Below are positions 12,520 to 26,559 of a stretch of 64,000 nt of DNA, one piece after another (the stretch's first letter is position 1; every line of letters begins with the position of its first letter). The notes beneath the pieces were generated by a model, which was given only the letters and a program-made list of their open reading frames with translations, was not told the DNA's origin and made no database searches. A program made the translations under genes and the position numbers. Source of the DNA: the human T2T-CHM13v2.0 reference genome, Homo sapiens; assembly GCF_009914755.1 (NCBI RefSeq), contig NC_060938.1; one strand, written 5' to 3'.

Positions 12520-12814
12520 TTTTTTTTTTTTTTTTGAGTCAGAGTCTTGCTCTGTTGCTCAGGCTGGAGTGCAGTGGTGCAATCTCAGCTCACTGCAACC
12601 TCTGCCTCTCAGGTTCAAGCAATTCTCTGCCTCAGCCCCCTGAATAGCTGGGATTACAGGCGCCCGCTACCATGCCTGGGTAATTTTTATATTTTTAGTA
12701 GAGATGGGGTTTCACCATCTTGGTCAGGTTGGTCTTGAACTCCTGACCATATGATCCACCCACCTTGGCCTCCCAAAGTGCTGGGAATATAGGCATGAAC
12801 CACTGTGCCCGGCC
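12520..12814 (-). mobile_element. AluS (Sg-like) full length
   Basis: Dimeric Alu with poly-T head; TSD ATGTTATTC at 12508-12516 and 12816-12824. Confidence 0.97.
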
Positions 12815-12905
12815 CATGTTATTCAATTTTTAAGTCTCTACTCACATTTAGAAATACATTTTACTTTCTGAAACTGTACACAAGTCTCCATGGCTCCCCA
12901 TTATC

Positions 12906-13005
12906 CAAACTTTTCCTCCTCCACACAAACCTATAATTCAAACAAACATTTTCATCAAACTTTTCCTCCTCCACATAAACCTATAATTCAAACAAACATT
13001 TTCAT
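12906..13005. repeat. 50-bp tandem duplication (2 copies, 1 mismatch)
   Basis: CAAACTTTTCCTCCTCCACA(C/T)AAACCTATAATTCAAACAAACATTTTCAT at 12906-12955 and 12956-13005. Confidence 0.97.
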
Positions 13006-13012
13006 AAAACTA

Positions 13013-13580
13013 CAGTAGTCCCCCCTTTTCCTCAGCAGATATACTCCAAGACCATCAGTGAAATGCCTGAAACCACAGATAGTACTGAAACCTACTATGC
13101 ACAAATTTCTTCTTCCTTCTTCACAATTTCATTGATAGAAGATTCATTCTTGCCATAATCTTAACAATCTCAGCATAAGATTTTTTTTCTTTCCTTAGTA
13201 AGTAAAAAACTTTCACATTTTCACTTACAGGAAGCATTTTATGACTTCTCTTTGGCACATCCCAATTGGCAGCATCCCTACTCTTGCCCTTTGAGGTCAT
13301 TATTAAGTAAAATAAGAATTATTTGAACACAAGCACCGTGATGCTGTGACAATGGATGTGATACCCAAAACAGCTGCTAAATGACTAACAGACTGGTAGC
13401 ACACACAGGTGGAGATGCTGGACAACCCAGGTCCGGAGAGCAAGGCAGTGTCAGATTTCATCATGTTACTCAAATGGCATGCAATTCAAAACTTATGAAT
13501 TGTTTACCTATGGAATTTTTCATTTAATATTTTCAGAGCACGGTTGATCTTGGATAGCTAAAATTGCAGAAAGCAAACCT
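13013..13580 (+). mobile_element. MER44 (Tigger7-derived MITE), right TIR missing
   Basis: TA|CAGTAGTCCCCCCTT left TIR; ATTATTAAGTAAAATAAG...AACACAAGCAC...AGATTTCATCA...TGAATTGTTTA; homologous to 37884-38748. Confidence 0.85.
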
Positions 13581-13652
13581 CACCCTTAGTTCATGGGACA
13601 CATTTGGGCATTGCCTGTTCTTTTTATATCTATTTCATTTAAAAAACGTCTA

Positions 13653-14071
<419 letters not shown>

Positions 14072-14375
14072 TCAACAGTCTGAACAACTCTTTTTTAGAA
14101 ATGAAAATGGTCTTGACACTGGAGCTTATGGTTGCCTGTGTCTGGATCCAGCCTTGTGTCTGATAGCTTAAAATGCTGTTAGCTGTAGATGATACGCAGA
14201 CAAAGTCAACTGTTTTTGAATTAATTCCACTCCCTCTATCTCTGGCTACTTTATCTCTAGGTACTTAAAGTACCAGCAGTTACAACAACATATTTTCTGT
14301 TTCTAATAAATCTTCCCTGGGCATATCAGAGCTTTGATTTCTAAAATGGTTTAGCAGTAACTATAAAGCTACTAG

Positions 14376-14748
<373 letters not shown>

Positions 14749-15439
14749 AATTATCTTATTTCTACTATTCGATCAAGAAAAGTCACATGCTTTGGCTGCA
14801 TTAGGGCATATGTCAGGAGATTTGTCATGGATTTTTTCTATAGTTTCAATAAAAGAATGTTTCTTTCATACATCTGTCATAACACTTGATGTGGAATATG
14901 GCATATATTTCCATGATAACTCCATTGTAATTATTACCTTACATTCCTAGAAAAATTGTTGGAAGAGCTCATAGAATTGTAACCTATATTCCACTTCAAC
15001 CTTCTTGCCCCATATTCTTTTCTGAGCATACTTTGTGACTCATTTGATGTATCTTACCACAAACAGAACTTTAATAATAGCTTAAAACTTTCCACATCAA
15101 AGGATTTGCAGGTTGTTTGAGAAGCACTGGTATTGACAGGAGCTCGAGGGGAACCTTCCTGGGACGCACGGTGGGTCTTCCTCAGATCAACTTGAAAGGT
15201 AAAGCCAGCACCAGATTTTATGAGTGGATATTGAATAAAATCATCTGATCCTTTTCAAACCGATTTATATTTCCTCTTCTCATAAAAAATATATTTTACT
15301 ATGTGGACTAGTACTTCTTACTTATTTGTACTTAATGCCACACACTCTCATTTTAAATGAAGCCTTAAATTTGTTTTCAGACTTTGATTTTTTAAATGTA
15401 TGAACTCAGAGGACTGACTCTCTGTTGAAGAACAGACAC

Positions 15440-15615
15440 TTACCCTGACCATGGCCAGTTTGGCAATCTCTCTGAGGCTCAGTTCCTTTTTCTAAGAAGT
15501 AGAAACACAATTATGCTTTCTATCTTACAGGCTTGTTGGGGAATGTAAATGAGAGCAGCTACACCTTACTTAAAAGTCCACACAGAATAATTAGGAATAT
15601 TATTATGATAATTGA
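15440..15615 (+). mobile_element. MIR
   Basis: CTCTCTGAGGCTCAGTTCCTTTTTCT...TCTTACAGGCTTGTTGGGGAATGTAAATGAGA, the MIR core. Confidence 0.7.
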
Positions 15616-15789
15616 TCTTTTAATCTCCAACCAGAAGATTGTATTATATGCTTTTCACTGTCACCTTTGCAGAATCTTCTTTGTCTAATTTTATAGAGCA
15701 CTATTCTTGCTCCCATCTCATCTGTTTCACACTTGCTTTGTATATCGTTTTATTTTCTTGAAACACAGAGACCACAATCACACACATTC

Positions 15790-15795
15790 TTACAG

Positions 15796-15838
<43 letters not shown>

Positions 15839-15887
15839 TATACCTATACAGGTGTGTGTATATATATGTATATATATACACATACAG

Positions 15888-15928
<41 letters not shown>

Positions 15929-16115
15929 CAGGTGTGTATATATATATATATATACACATACAGGTGTATATATATATACACACATACAGGTGTATATATA
16001 TATATATATGTATAAAAATAAAACTGGTGTATGTGTGTGTGTGTATACACACACACACACACATATATATATACACACACAGGTATATATATGTATACAC
16101 ATATATATAAAACCT
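15790..16115. repeat. Compound minisatellite [ACAGG(TG)n(TA)n(CA)nT]x6 plus degenerate units
   Basis: CAGGTG at 15793, 15849, 15885, 15929, 15961 and 15987, separated by variable TG/TA/CA runs. Confidence 0.95.
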
Positions 16116-18146
16116 GTCTCTTGATGGCAGGATAATGCTTGATATTCTTTCCAGTGTCCTTCCTTTCAATGTTTCATGTTTTGTGGCCTACTGACAAAAT
16201 TATGTATAGTGCTGAAGTGACTTGGGAACAATTTTGCTCAATTTAAAAAAAATTTCTTGATCCATTCAAGCCAATGGGCTAAACCAAATGATCCAATGAT
16301 AAATAAGGACAATATAGGGAAAAGAAAGACTCTTGGCAGCAGGATAATCACCCTGCAAGGCAAATGCTACAAGCACAAACTATGAGCCAAGAATGGGAAA
16401 CAATAGCTCAGCAGCTTTTCTTTCTGCATACAGTTCAACTGTTTTATTCTTCACCACTTTGTGCTAGCTAACACCAAAACACCTCAGGCAGCTTTCCACT
16501 TCCTCACCTAGATATTTTGGATATTTTTATAATCTATTCTTACAAAATCAATTCTGTCGTTCTGAAAAGAGCTTAAGGACAAGGTTAAACTCAAAGCTTC
16601 CACTGGTTCTCCAGCCAAAATGTGCAGTAATTTAAAAGATATTTATTAACACTTATCTCAGTGTTGACAATTCCTAATGCAAATAAATACAATATTATTA
16701 CTATTTTTTATCTAAATCAATGATGTCCCTATAAAAGTAAAACAACCAAATCAACAGACAAATTCTGTCCCTATTCCAGGAATATGCAATTTAAAAAATT
16801 TATTTTTAAGGAAGAGCATTAAAGCATATTTTTGCAAGTAGAAGAAGATCCTGTATCCTATTTCACATTAATCTATACATGAATATCCTACCTACCCCCA
16901 ATTATTGCAAAATATAAAAATATTAGATAATTAGAGCCTTACCTTGAGAAAATAATGTGACTTTCTGTATAATAGGTTAATGAATCATAATTATAATAGG
17001 GTTCATGGAACTGGTTAAATGGTTGTAAATGGAAGAAAGCAAGATTTGGCCTCAAATCAGCATGAGATTGAATCTTCGCTAACATTTATTAGATAACTAT
17101 TTCATAAAGTCAGGAACAGTCCCGATCATTTGCATTTCCACATTAACATTACCAGATATACAGCATCTAAACACTTTTTTCCTCTTTTTATTCACTCCCT
17201 TCCTTCTCTTTTCATCCTATTCTTTTTTCTTTAACCTAGTCTTTTTCTACTCTCTTTTCCTATCAATCCTTCTATAATCATCCTCTCAGCGCTCTCTAAA
17301 GTTTGCTTCCCCAAAGACCTATATAGATTTTTCTCTCTTACTCAGTTGGTTTGAAATGTTGAACTCATTTCCTCTTCCGTGAACGCTTTCCAGTTTCATA
17401 AGAAGTTTGCACTTTGCTCCTGTCTACTTTGCAGTATCATTTGAAATGAAACTTGCTTTGGAGATTGCTCCAAAATGCCTTCCCAAGCAAGCGGTTGTGA
17501 CTGATGGCCTCCAGCTTGCAGCAAAGCTACCCTGTCCACCAAGCCAATTGGTTGGAGTATTCAGACCTGAGCTTGTTTGAGTTTGTTTCACTTACTGTGG
17601 TCTTTCCCACATGTGCTTCTCAAGTAATAGAGCAAAATGTACTACATACAGCAAGATTCAAGAAGTGCACTGTGTCCACCATGCCTCAAGTTAATATAGA
17701 CACCAATATTTTTGATGACTATTTCTCTTGAGTTTGTAACTTTTTTCTTAGCTAGTTTCACTGCCCCCAAGTTGATAAAGTTGTTACCATTTTAAGGAAT
17801 CCTTAGCAAAGAGTGTAGGTGAACCTTGAACTTCATAAAAGAGGGCTGTTTTCAAGGTCTTTTTATACGCTATCCTTAAAATGGTTCATTTTGAAAAACA
17901 AATTCTCTGTCACTAGAGAAAATCGTACTTGACCATGTCTCCTCAAATTCAGTCACATTTAGGTAGGTTACGATCTTCATGTGTGTCCTTCATAGCACAG
18001 CAGTTTAAACTTGTAGTAAATCTAATCCCATTATTTAACTCTTTAATAGCCTCCCATGCTCACTCCCCAACTGAATATATTAGTGCAGGTTTTCCCCTGC
18101 ACAACTCAAGGGGGTGTTGTCATCTGTACAACTGTAGCCTGTGGGC

Positions 18147-18675
18147 TGGTTATGAGAGTGGCAGGAGGCAGCCAAATGTCTAGGCAGATAGGGGCAGATC
18201 TCCAGTGAAACCTCATCTCCAAGCCAGAGACAATTTAAAGCCTGAAAGTCAAACTACAAGTTAAATTCTCTACCCAGATTGAGAACTCGCCTTGCTATTT
18301 TGCTTGCTTTTATCTGATTGATCCCCACCGTTCACCTATTTTACATATACCTACCATTTCCGGATTGATTTTTCTATACTGTCATGCCCACCTTTGAGTG
18401 GTATGTTTGCTTTAACCTTTTTTGCATACTCACAAACCAGTCAGCATGCACTCCCCATTCTGAGTCCATAAGAAGCCCAGGACCTTGCCTCACAAGGGAA
18501 CTTTTCCACTTTCAGGTAGGGGAACCTCCCACAGCTTTCCCTCTTTGCTGAGAGCTTCCCTTTTGCTAAATAAATTCTACTCCACTCACTCTCTGGTGTC
18601 TGCTCACCTAATTTTTCCTGGTTGTGAGACAAGAGCTCAGACCTAACTGAGCTAAGGAACAGAAAGACTGCAACA
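18147..18675 (+). mobile_element. ERV1 solo LTR, LTR9-like
   Basis: GAGAGTGGCAGGAGGCAGCCAAATGTCTAGGCAGATAGGGGC...TTTAAAGCCTGAAAG...TTTGCATACTCACAAACC...AATAAA...GACTGCAACA; subfamily recalled from consensus. Confidence 0.8.
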
Positions 18676-19099
18676 GTCACATCCAGTGATGCCCTTTCCT
18701 TCATGATTCTCCAGTTACCTCTCCAGCTTCACCTTCCTCTATCTGTCCCCTTCCTACACAATATATCTGTGCCACTTTTAACTATTTTTTCCTGAACTTG
18801 CCACATTCTGTGATTTTTGCAGAGATGACTGGTACTGTGTGGAATGTTGCTATAATCTTATCTGCCGCTCTCACCCAATCTTTAAGTTTCAGTCACCTGC
18901 TGTGTGATAAATTGCCCCACAGAGATTAACCACGTCTTCTCTCTGATTATCTTATGCCTGTGTCAAACTTGCAGTTTGTCTCAGAGTTTGTCTCTCTTCC
19001 CTCTGGACCCGAAAGTTGTTTGGAAAGTTTCCCCTTTGACCCACAGTGTTTGTCATGGATTAGGCACAAGGGAATTCTGAAAGGGCTAATACGGCAAAT

Positions 19100-19325
19100 T
19101 AAAAATCAGGCTCCCTTGGTTCTACTGTCAGCTCTAGCCTCTGCCACTTACATGCTGTGTTACATTCGATAGATTACCTAACCTTTCTGTACTACATGTT
19201 ATTTAATAGCAAAATGGAATTTGAAGCAATGTCTACTTCACGGTGTAATTGTGACTAGTAAAGAAGTTAGTGCATGTAACATGATTAGAATGGTGGTAAA
19301 TAAAGAGCACATTTGAAATGTTAGA
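19100..19325 (+). mobile_element. MIR
   Basis: CTCTGCCACTTACATGCTGTGTTAC...TTACCTAACCTTTCTGT...AAAATGG...TGCATGTAA. Confidence 0.75.
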
Positions 19326-19440
19326 CATCAGTGATGATACTGTTACCTTTTTATAGTTATTGCATTATTGCCTCATTCACAATATTGCAGAAGAATAGTT
19401 ATCAAAATTTGGCATATGTAAGAATTATTAGAGAAACTCT

Positions 19441-19897
<457 letters not shown>

Positions 19898-19956
19898 TGA
19901 TTCTGAGATTCTAAGTCATCACATAAAAATTACACTATATTCCCTATGGTTATTAA

Positions 19957-20022
19957 TACACATCCATACACGTACACACACACACACACACACACACATA
20001 CACACACACACACCCACCCACC
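19957..20022. repeat. (CA)n microsatellite, interrupted
   Basis: Directly visible. Confidence 0.95.
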
Positions 20023-21136
20023 ATCAGATTAGAAACACTTTTATCTATTCAAATTAATGCAACTTTTTTATAATACTCAGTAGTCAAAGATTAATATTTA
20101 CCTACGTATTCATTCTCTTTCTTTACTACAGTTAGTTTTTAATCTACTTTTGGTGTCAAGCATTTATAATAATAATAATGCTGTCTCATATGCTTATTTG
20201 AAGTACTTTACAATTTCAATTCGCTATTTCATTTGCTAGTTTTTAAAATCATGTTATACAACTTTTATATATAAATCCAGTCTCTCAATTAACCAACAAC
20301 AAAACCAGATTAATTTTGGGGATGTTGATGAGAAAACCTGTAAAGAAAACCAATTAAGTATTATCTGGGTGACAGAGCAAGATTCTGGCTCAAAACCAAT
20401 AAACGAGTATCTCATGGATTTTCTTGTATTATAGGTATAACAATAAATTATCCTCCCCAATATTAGCATTTTAATTGGAGTTGTGAAAAATTCTATTTTC
20501 ACCATTTATTGGATTCAAAGCAAGTGTTGTTTGACTTAAAAGCTGGCACATGCAATACCACCAGGCGATTATAATGAAGAGGGAATTTGCAAAGTGGACA
20601 ATTTTGAACAATTATGGACAGAATTTCATATTAGTTTTGATTTGGCATATCAAATCAAATACAAAATTCAAGATTTTTCCCAATATGATATAAACACTCT
20701 ACTGTTTTTTTGAAAGTAAATTTCCCTCACATTTGAGTGTGTTTGTTCTTGTTGTATGCTCAAAGGGATTCCCAGTAAATAATTAATTAAGTAGAAAATA
20801 TGGGAAAATGAAAAATAAAGTTCAACATTGTGACTGAAGAGTTATTTTTAATGTATTGCATTTCTACTTATGTTGCTTTTGAGCTTTCACAACATTTCCA
20901 GGTCATTGTTTCTTCCTTCATAGATTCTCGTAGAAGCCTTGAGTTGAAATGATGATAAATTAGGGACTACCATACAAGTCAAGAGAGCCTTCATACTTCA
21001 TATTAAGCCATAATTCTGCTTATGCTGATTTCCAATTTAAAATTATTCATTAACTATCTAGAAGAGACTACAAATCTCGCTGAGATATAAAATGCAAGAT
21101 ACAATGTAATACTCCTTTTAAGTGAATAAAATTAAC

Positions 21137-21433
21137 TTTTTTTTTTTTTTTGAGACAGGGTCTCACTCTGTCATCCAGGCTGTAGTGTGGTGGCATCATC
21201 ATAGCTCACTGTAGTCTCAACCTCCTGAACTCTAGCAATCCTCTTTCCTCAGCCTTCCAAGTAGCTGGGACTACAAGCTTGTGCCACCATGCTTGGCTAA
21301 TTTTTGTACTTTTTCTAGAGAGAGGGTTTTGCTATGTTGCCCAAGTTGGTCTCAAACCCCCGAGTTCGTGTGATCCACCTGCCTCAGCTTTCCAAAGTGC
21401 TGGGATTACATGTGTGAGCCACCGCATCTGGCC
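21137..21433 (-). mobile_element. AluJ full length
   Basis: J-type features: GAGACAGGGTCTCACTCTGTC, ATCATAGCTCACTG, GCTATGTTGCCCA; TSD AAA(A/G)TTAACTTTT at 21128 and 21434. Confidence 0.95.
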
Positions 21434-21549
21434 AAAGTTAACTTTTAAGAGTTGTTTTTATTGTGTTTGACAATCTACTTTAGACTCCATCTTATTGGAT
21501 TGTTGATCCTAAGAGCATATCTAAGACATCATCTGTAAGATTCCTTCTC

Positions 21550-21960
21550 TTATTTAATACATATCTTTTAAGTAGTGCTCTGTACCCAGGACTGTTGTAG
21601 GTGCTAGAAAAGACGGGAGAAAAAGCCAATCCCCCTGTTCTCATGGAGCTTCCATTGTAATGTTGGAGACACATAATAAACTAATACATAGATCAATGTC
21701 AGATTCTGATAAGTGTTATGAAGGAAGCTAATTCAGGATAATGAGTAGTGAAGTGAGGGGAAGGTGGCAGGCAATATTTTAGGAAGTGGAGTCAGACTGT
21801 CCAACTAGGTGACATCTTATGGGGAGAAAAATGAAGTGAAGCAAATCTGTTCTGTAAATATCTGTGGGGAGAGCTTTAAGCCATGTGACTATGTGGGAGA
21901 AAGCAAATGAAAAAGTAAATGCAGAGGACATGAAGGAGACTTTTGCTTGTGAAGTTCAAA
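21550..21960 (-). mobile_element. L2a 3' fragment
   Basis: GTACCCAGGACTGTTGTAGGTGCTAG...CCCTGTTCTCATGGAGCTTCCATT...GATAAGTGTTATGAAGGAA. Confidence 0.8.
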
Positions 21961-24534
21961 GCTTTGGCTCTTCTGTTTGCTGCCTCTGGTCACCCTACCT
22001 GCTTTGAAGCTTGGAAATATTAATGTCATTTTTGGCTTTGCATTTTCCATGTCAAAGACCTAAGTTTTTTTCTCTTTTATCTTTTTATAATTTGCTAAAA
22101 ATAATTACAAAATCAGTACGTGATTTCTGGTAAAAAGTTAAAATTATGTAACAGAAGTTCTCTCCAGGTCTAACCTACTTCGCATGGTCTAAGTAATGAC
22201 TTAATTTTTTTCATATGCTTTATTCTTTTCCTTTCTTTTTTTTTTTTTTGCATTTATATGCATCTCTGTGCTTACAGCAATGTATCTAGGTGTTTTTGCG
22301 TGTGTTTTGACTTCTTTTTCTTTTACTCTTCTGCTTCATTTTTTAACCTGAGACTATATAGATATCGTATTCTTGAAGCTATGTATATTCTAGAATTAGC
22401 AGTTATTTCTGTTCATAATGAGATACGACAAATAATTTCCACTTCTCAACCCCTATTATTTCTATCTTCTTAGTTTAAACACTGAATTCAAGTTCAAACA
22501 GTTACTAACCTGAATTATCTAATGTTACCCAGTGACAAAGAAAATTTATTCTAGGCATTTCACAATTTGATTCCCCTTGATTCAGTTTTGCCTTCAGACT
22601 CTAGTGACTAACATCTATTAAACTATTTCCTTTCAGAAAATATGTTCATTTTCACAATGCTTCAAATAGTGTGACTCCATGACTCCATTTCCCGTGACTT
22701 TCTCTGTCTTTTCTAATGACTGGTAAACTCTCCCTTGTATTGGTATCTTCTCCTGCATCTCTACAATCAACTTAAAGCAGCCAGTTTCATTTTATTCTGA
22801 TGCTTATAAGCTTGAGAACACCTAAAGTAATTTTACATCTTTTGTTTGTTTGGCTCTCTGAACTGCCCAGGGCTTTGCAAAACAATTTTAAAGTATAGTT
22901 ATGGTGGTTTTCTCAGAGTACATTTTAAAGTTTGTCATAAACGGCTTTTCAGATTGTTTTGCCTAAGATGGAGAAACAAAAATAAAGAGATCATTTTTTA
23001 ACTCTCATGACATAAAAGTTTTAGATTTTTGTAGGCTGAAAGTTTCTAAAAAGTTATTTGAGCTTTTCTTTTCTTTCTAAGTTTCATGAGCAACGTGCAA
23101 AGGGCTCCTACAGTATTCACAATTATGCTTACAATTTTCTTGCCGCAACTAATTGAAGATACAAAACTTACACCCACAAGCAACCATAATGACCACAGAA
23201 TGACGATGAAGTGGCCTATGGTCTGCAGTGATTCATTATGTCTAAAATGTTTGCAATTAAACTTAATGGAGGGGAAATAGGCCTCTCTTTACAAGCGGTC
23301 ACCTCCTTTTTTCCATTGATTTAACCACATTATTAAACACAAATAAGAATATATTTCCCCTAAAATTCACAATTTAATTCAAGTGTCTGTCAACACATAT
23401 TAACTTTACTGTCTGCTGTCAGCAGTATACCAAGAAAAGAAAGATACTTGTTGATTTTGGTTTTTGAAGCCAAAAAGATGTTAATTTGGAATAGGGTGGA
23501 GAAAGTTAGAATAACAGTATAGCTCAGTAGAAAGGAAGCTACAATTACAACTACTGCAAAAATTAAAAATAAAAAAATGAAAAATGACAAAATTACACAA
23601 AAATTAAAAATTTATTAAAATTAGAAAGCTATAATTATCAAAACACACTGGCAAAATTAAGTTCATCAAACATCATTGTAGACACCATAAACTATAATTT
23701 TTTAGCATCTGAATTCAGCTGTTGTAATCAGATAGTCCTCCCTCCTGTGCATACTTTAAAGAATAGAAGATAAAAAGAAAAATCCAATAGACTAGAATAT
23801 CAATAAATATCAAAAAATATTAGTTAAGTGGACCCCTTTAAATTGCCTTAGAAGATTTTAGGATAATGAAGATCCTATTAAACCAGAAAATAAATGTAAA
23901 TCACACCATGGTTGCCTGTGTCTCCTTTTGCCTCACTTTGATTTGGTCACACAACATGACATTAAAGCACCATATATTATACTGGAAGAAATGGCAAAAG
24001 TGTCACTCTTTTTAGCCCATTGCTGTGTTCTCATGATTGCAGTTCTTCAAAGGTTATTAGAATAAGAGTCTTCTTTTATTTTTCATATTTGAATTAACAG
24101 CCTTCTGAAAGGATAGCATTATATCTAATTATAAAATTATTGATTTATCTGAGAAGGTAAAAAGTTTTCATAGTTTGAAAGCTTTTCAGTTCATCTTATT
24201 AAGATACAAAAGTAATTTTCCACAGTTGAAGTCAGTTAAGGATTTTAAACGCTTATTAAGTACCTCATAAGCTATATAAAATATTTTGCTTATACAATTT
24301 TAGGTATTTAAAAATATTAAATTATATCATTATGATATAAACGTCTTAAAATTATTTCAGACACAATAGTTTATAAAGTCCAGCTTTCATATGAAACAAT
24401 ACAAGATTCCAGTAGGAAGCCAGTAGGAAGAATCAGGGTGGATTCTTAGATCTTCTTAGATTATATTCTTTATCCTCCCTTCTTATTTTCCTGTACCATA
24501 TTTTGTTATTCTATTCTAACTTGTTTTATTAATT

Positions 24535-24750
24535 TACTTGTTCAATAAATGTTTACCTAACACCAATATTTTATGCTAGGCATTGCTGTAGGCACCTTGG
24601 ATACTGTAAGGAACTTAGACAAAAGTTTTTGCTATTACATTTTAATGTAAACAAAGGAAATACGTACCATGATACGTCAGAAGGTAGTAAGTATCAAGAA
24701 GAACACTAAAGAAAGGGGCTGAGCAGGGATTACAGTGAAGGGGGTGTTGG
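24535..24750 (-). mobile_element. L2 3' fragment
   Basis: TTCAATAAATGTTTA...ATGCTAGGCATTGCTGTAGGCAC...GGATAC. Confidence 0.6.
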
Positions 24751-25284
24751 TTTTAATTATAATTCTTGTTGTTTAAAGACATTCTTTGCCCCATGGGACC
24801 AGAGAATTGGTTAGTTCAACTAAGAGAAACCGAACATTTTTCTGTGATCAGAGGCCCACCCTTGAACAGATCCATTTCACCTTTACAAGTACACAGAAAA
24901 GGATATTTATCCCACCCGGCTGTTAATTACATGTGACTTTCCCATAATTAATTAAATGTGGCCTTGACCCTTCGCCCTTACTTTGCTTCATGTTACAATC
25001 TTCGCATGAAGCCATATCGTTTTTTTTAAAGTGGATTCTTAATCTCCCTTTGGTGCTTTTGGTGGTATTCAATTACATTTTTCAATTTTCTTGTTTTTCT
25101 ACTTTCAGTGAAAGATACTTAGCACTTACATAAATTCACTATCCAAAACATTATTTGTTTTCTTATCAATCTCCTGTAGATGACAGGTTGTCACATTTTG
25201 CAGTCGAACACATGATTTTACAAAATATGTCTTGTCTAGTAAGGTCAACATAGAGCTTGAACAGAAATCAATTATTACCTGGTA

Positions 25285-25430
25285 CAGTTGTTCTCAGTCC
25301 TCGCTTCAGACTTTAAAGATGTGATGTCGGACCCCACATCAAGAACTTCATTCAGCTGTTTTGAGTAGGATTCAGGTTTTGGCATTTTAAAAAATCTCAC
25401 CATGTGCTTCTATTGTGTAGCCAGGGAATA
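25285..25430. mobile_element. MER5B-like (hAT-Charlie) MITE
   Basis: CAGTTGTTCTCA...GGCATTTTAAAAAATCTC...TGTGTAGCCAGGG. Confidence 0.55.
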
Positions 25431-25479
25431 TGAGAAGATTAGACATTTTGCTCAATGTGGGCCAACACCATTTTAAACT

Positions 25480-25583
25480 GGAAGTTTTAGGAGATCCAGA
25501 ATCCTAGAACTACTGAGTCAGAATCTGCATTTTCAACACAGTCCCATGTGATTTGTGTACATATTAAAGTTTGAGAAGCACTG
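25480..25583. mobile_element. MER5A1-like (hAT-Charlie) MITE fragment
   Basis: CTACTGAGTCAGAATCTGCATTTTCAACA...GTGATTTGTGTACATATTAAAGTTTGAGAAGCACTG, a typical terminus. Confidence 0.75.
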
Positions 25584-25789
25584 CTCTAGACATACACTTT
25601 CATTTTGTAGATATTAATTGCTAATAAGGAGTTTAAAAGCTCATTTTCCCAAAGTGAGTGCCACTAGCTAGGAGAGAGTGAAGTGGAGAAGCCAGGTGTT
25701 AGGTTTCTTGATCTTGAGCTGTTTCCCTTTGCCACATATGCACAAAAGACTGTCAGTTTTGTAAGGGACTGGAATCCTGATGCAAATTG

Positions 25790-25833
<44 letters not shown>
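25790..25833. repeat. A-run followed by (TA)n
   Basis: Directly visible. Confidence 0.9.
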
Positions 25834-25837
<4 letters not shown>

Positions 25838-26559
25838 TAGATTAATTTTTAAAAGGTGCATTAATGTTAAAATATAAATTATAAAATGCATTGAAATATT
25901 ATTTAATATAGCAAAAGACTGTGTAATGAATACTAATAACTTGATCCTTTTTTAAGAAACATAGAAATTTATTATAAAGATCTTATAAAAACTTTCAGAA
26001 ATACTTATGTCAACTAAGTAACACATCTTCTCAAGTAGATGCCTATATCGTATTTCATTGACTTACTTTTACTTGGTTAATCCTTTTATCACAAATTGAG
26101 CAAAAGTAAACTTTTCTTATATATTATCATAAATTTCAAGTAGAGTAGATTTGGCTTAAATGTTGTCTCATTCTTTCAGGAAGCTATTTGCTTAATGTTA
26201 AACATTTGTTAGGGCATATAATGCAGTGTAATAGCCCTTCTTACAAAAAAAAAAAAAAAAGAAAGAAAGAAAGAAAAAAAAAGAAAACCTGGAAGAATTT
26301 TTAGCCTAATCTTCCCCTACCTAATTTTATTTATTACCACAAACTTAGACCTTTGAGTTGGGAGCAGGTGGCCTTGTTGACAACTATTGGGTCTAATAGC
26401 TTTTTGTGTGCGTTTCAGTATGTACATCTTTAAAGAGGAATAAAGGCTACCTCTTACTCAGTACCACAACCAAGAAAAATAGAAAAACAAATGTATTTTC
26501 AAAGAAAAGAAACATGCATGTTTTAGTCAGGTAAATCCATTTAAAATGAGAGTGAAAGC

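Noticed and set aside
15790-16010. CRISPR-like look (constant core plus variable spacers)
   Set aside because: The spacers are simple dinucleotide runs, the core is only about 9-11 bp, the DNA is human and there are no cas genes.
15701-16169. Six overlapping ORFs of 78-139 aa rich in Y/I/V/C/H/T
   Set aside because: Translations of the TA/TG/CA minisatellite, which lacks stop codons; not coding evidence.
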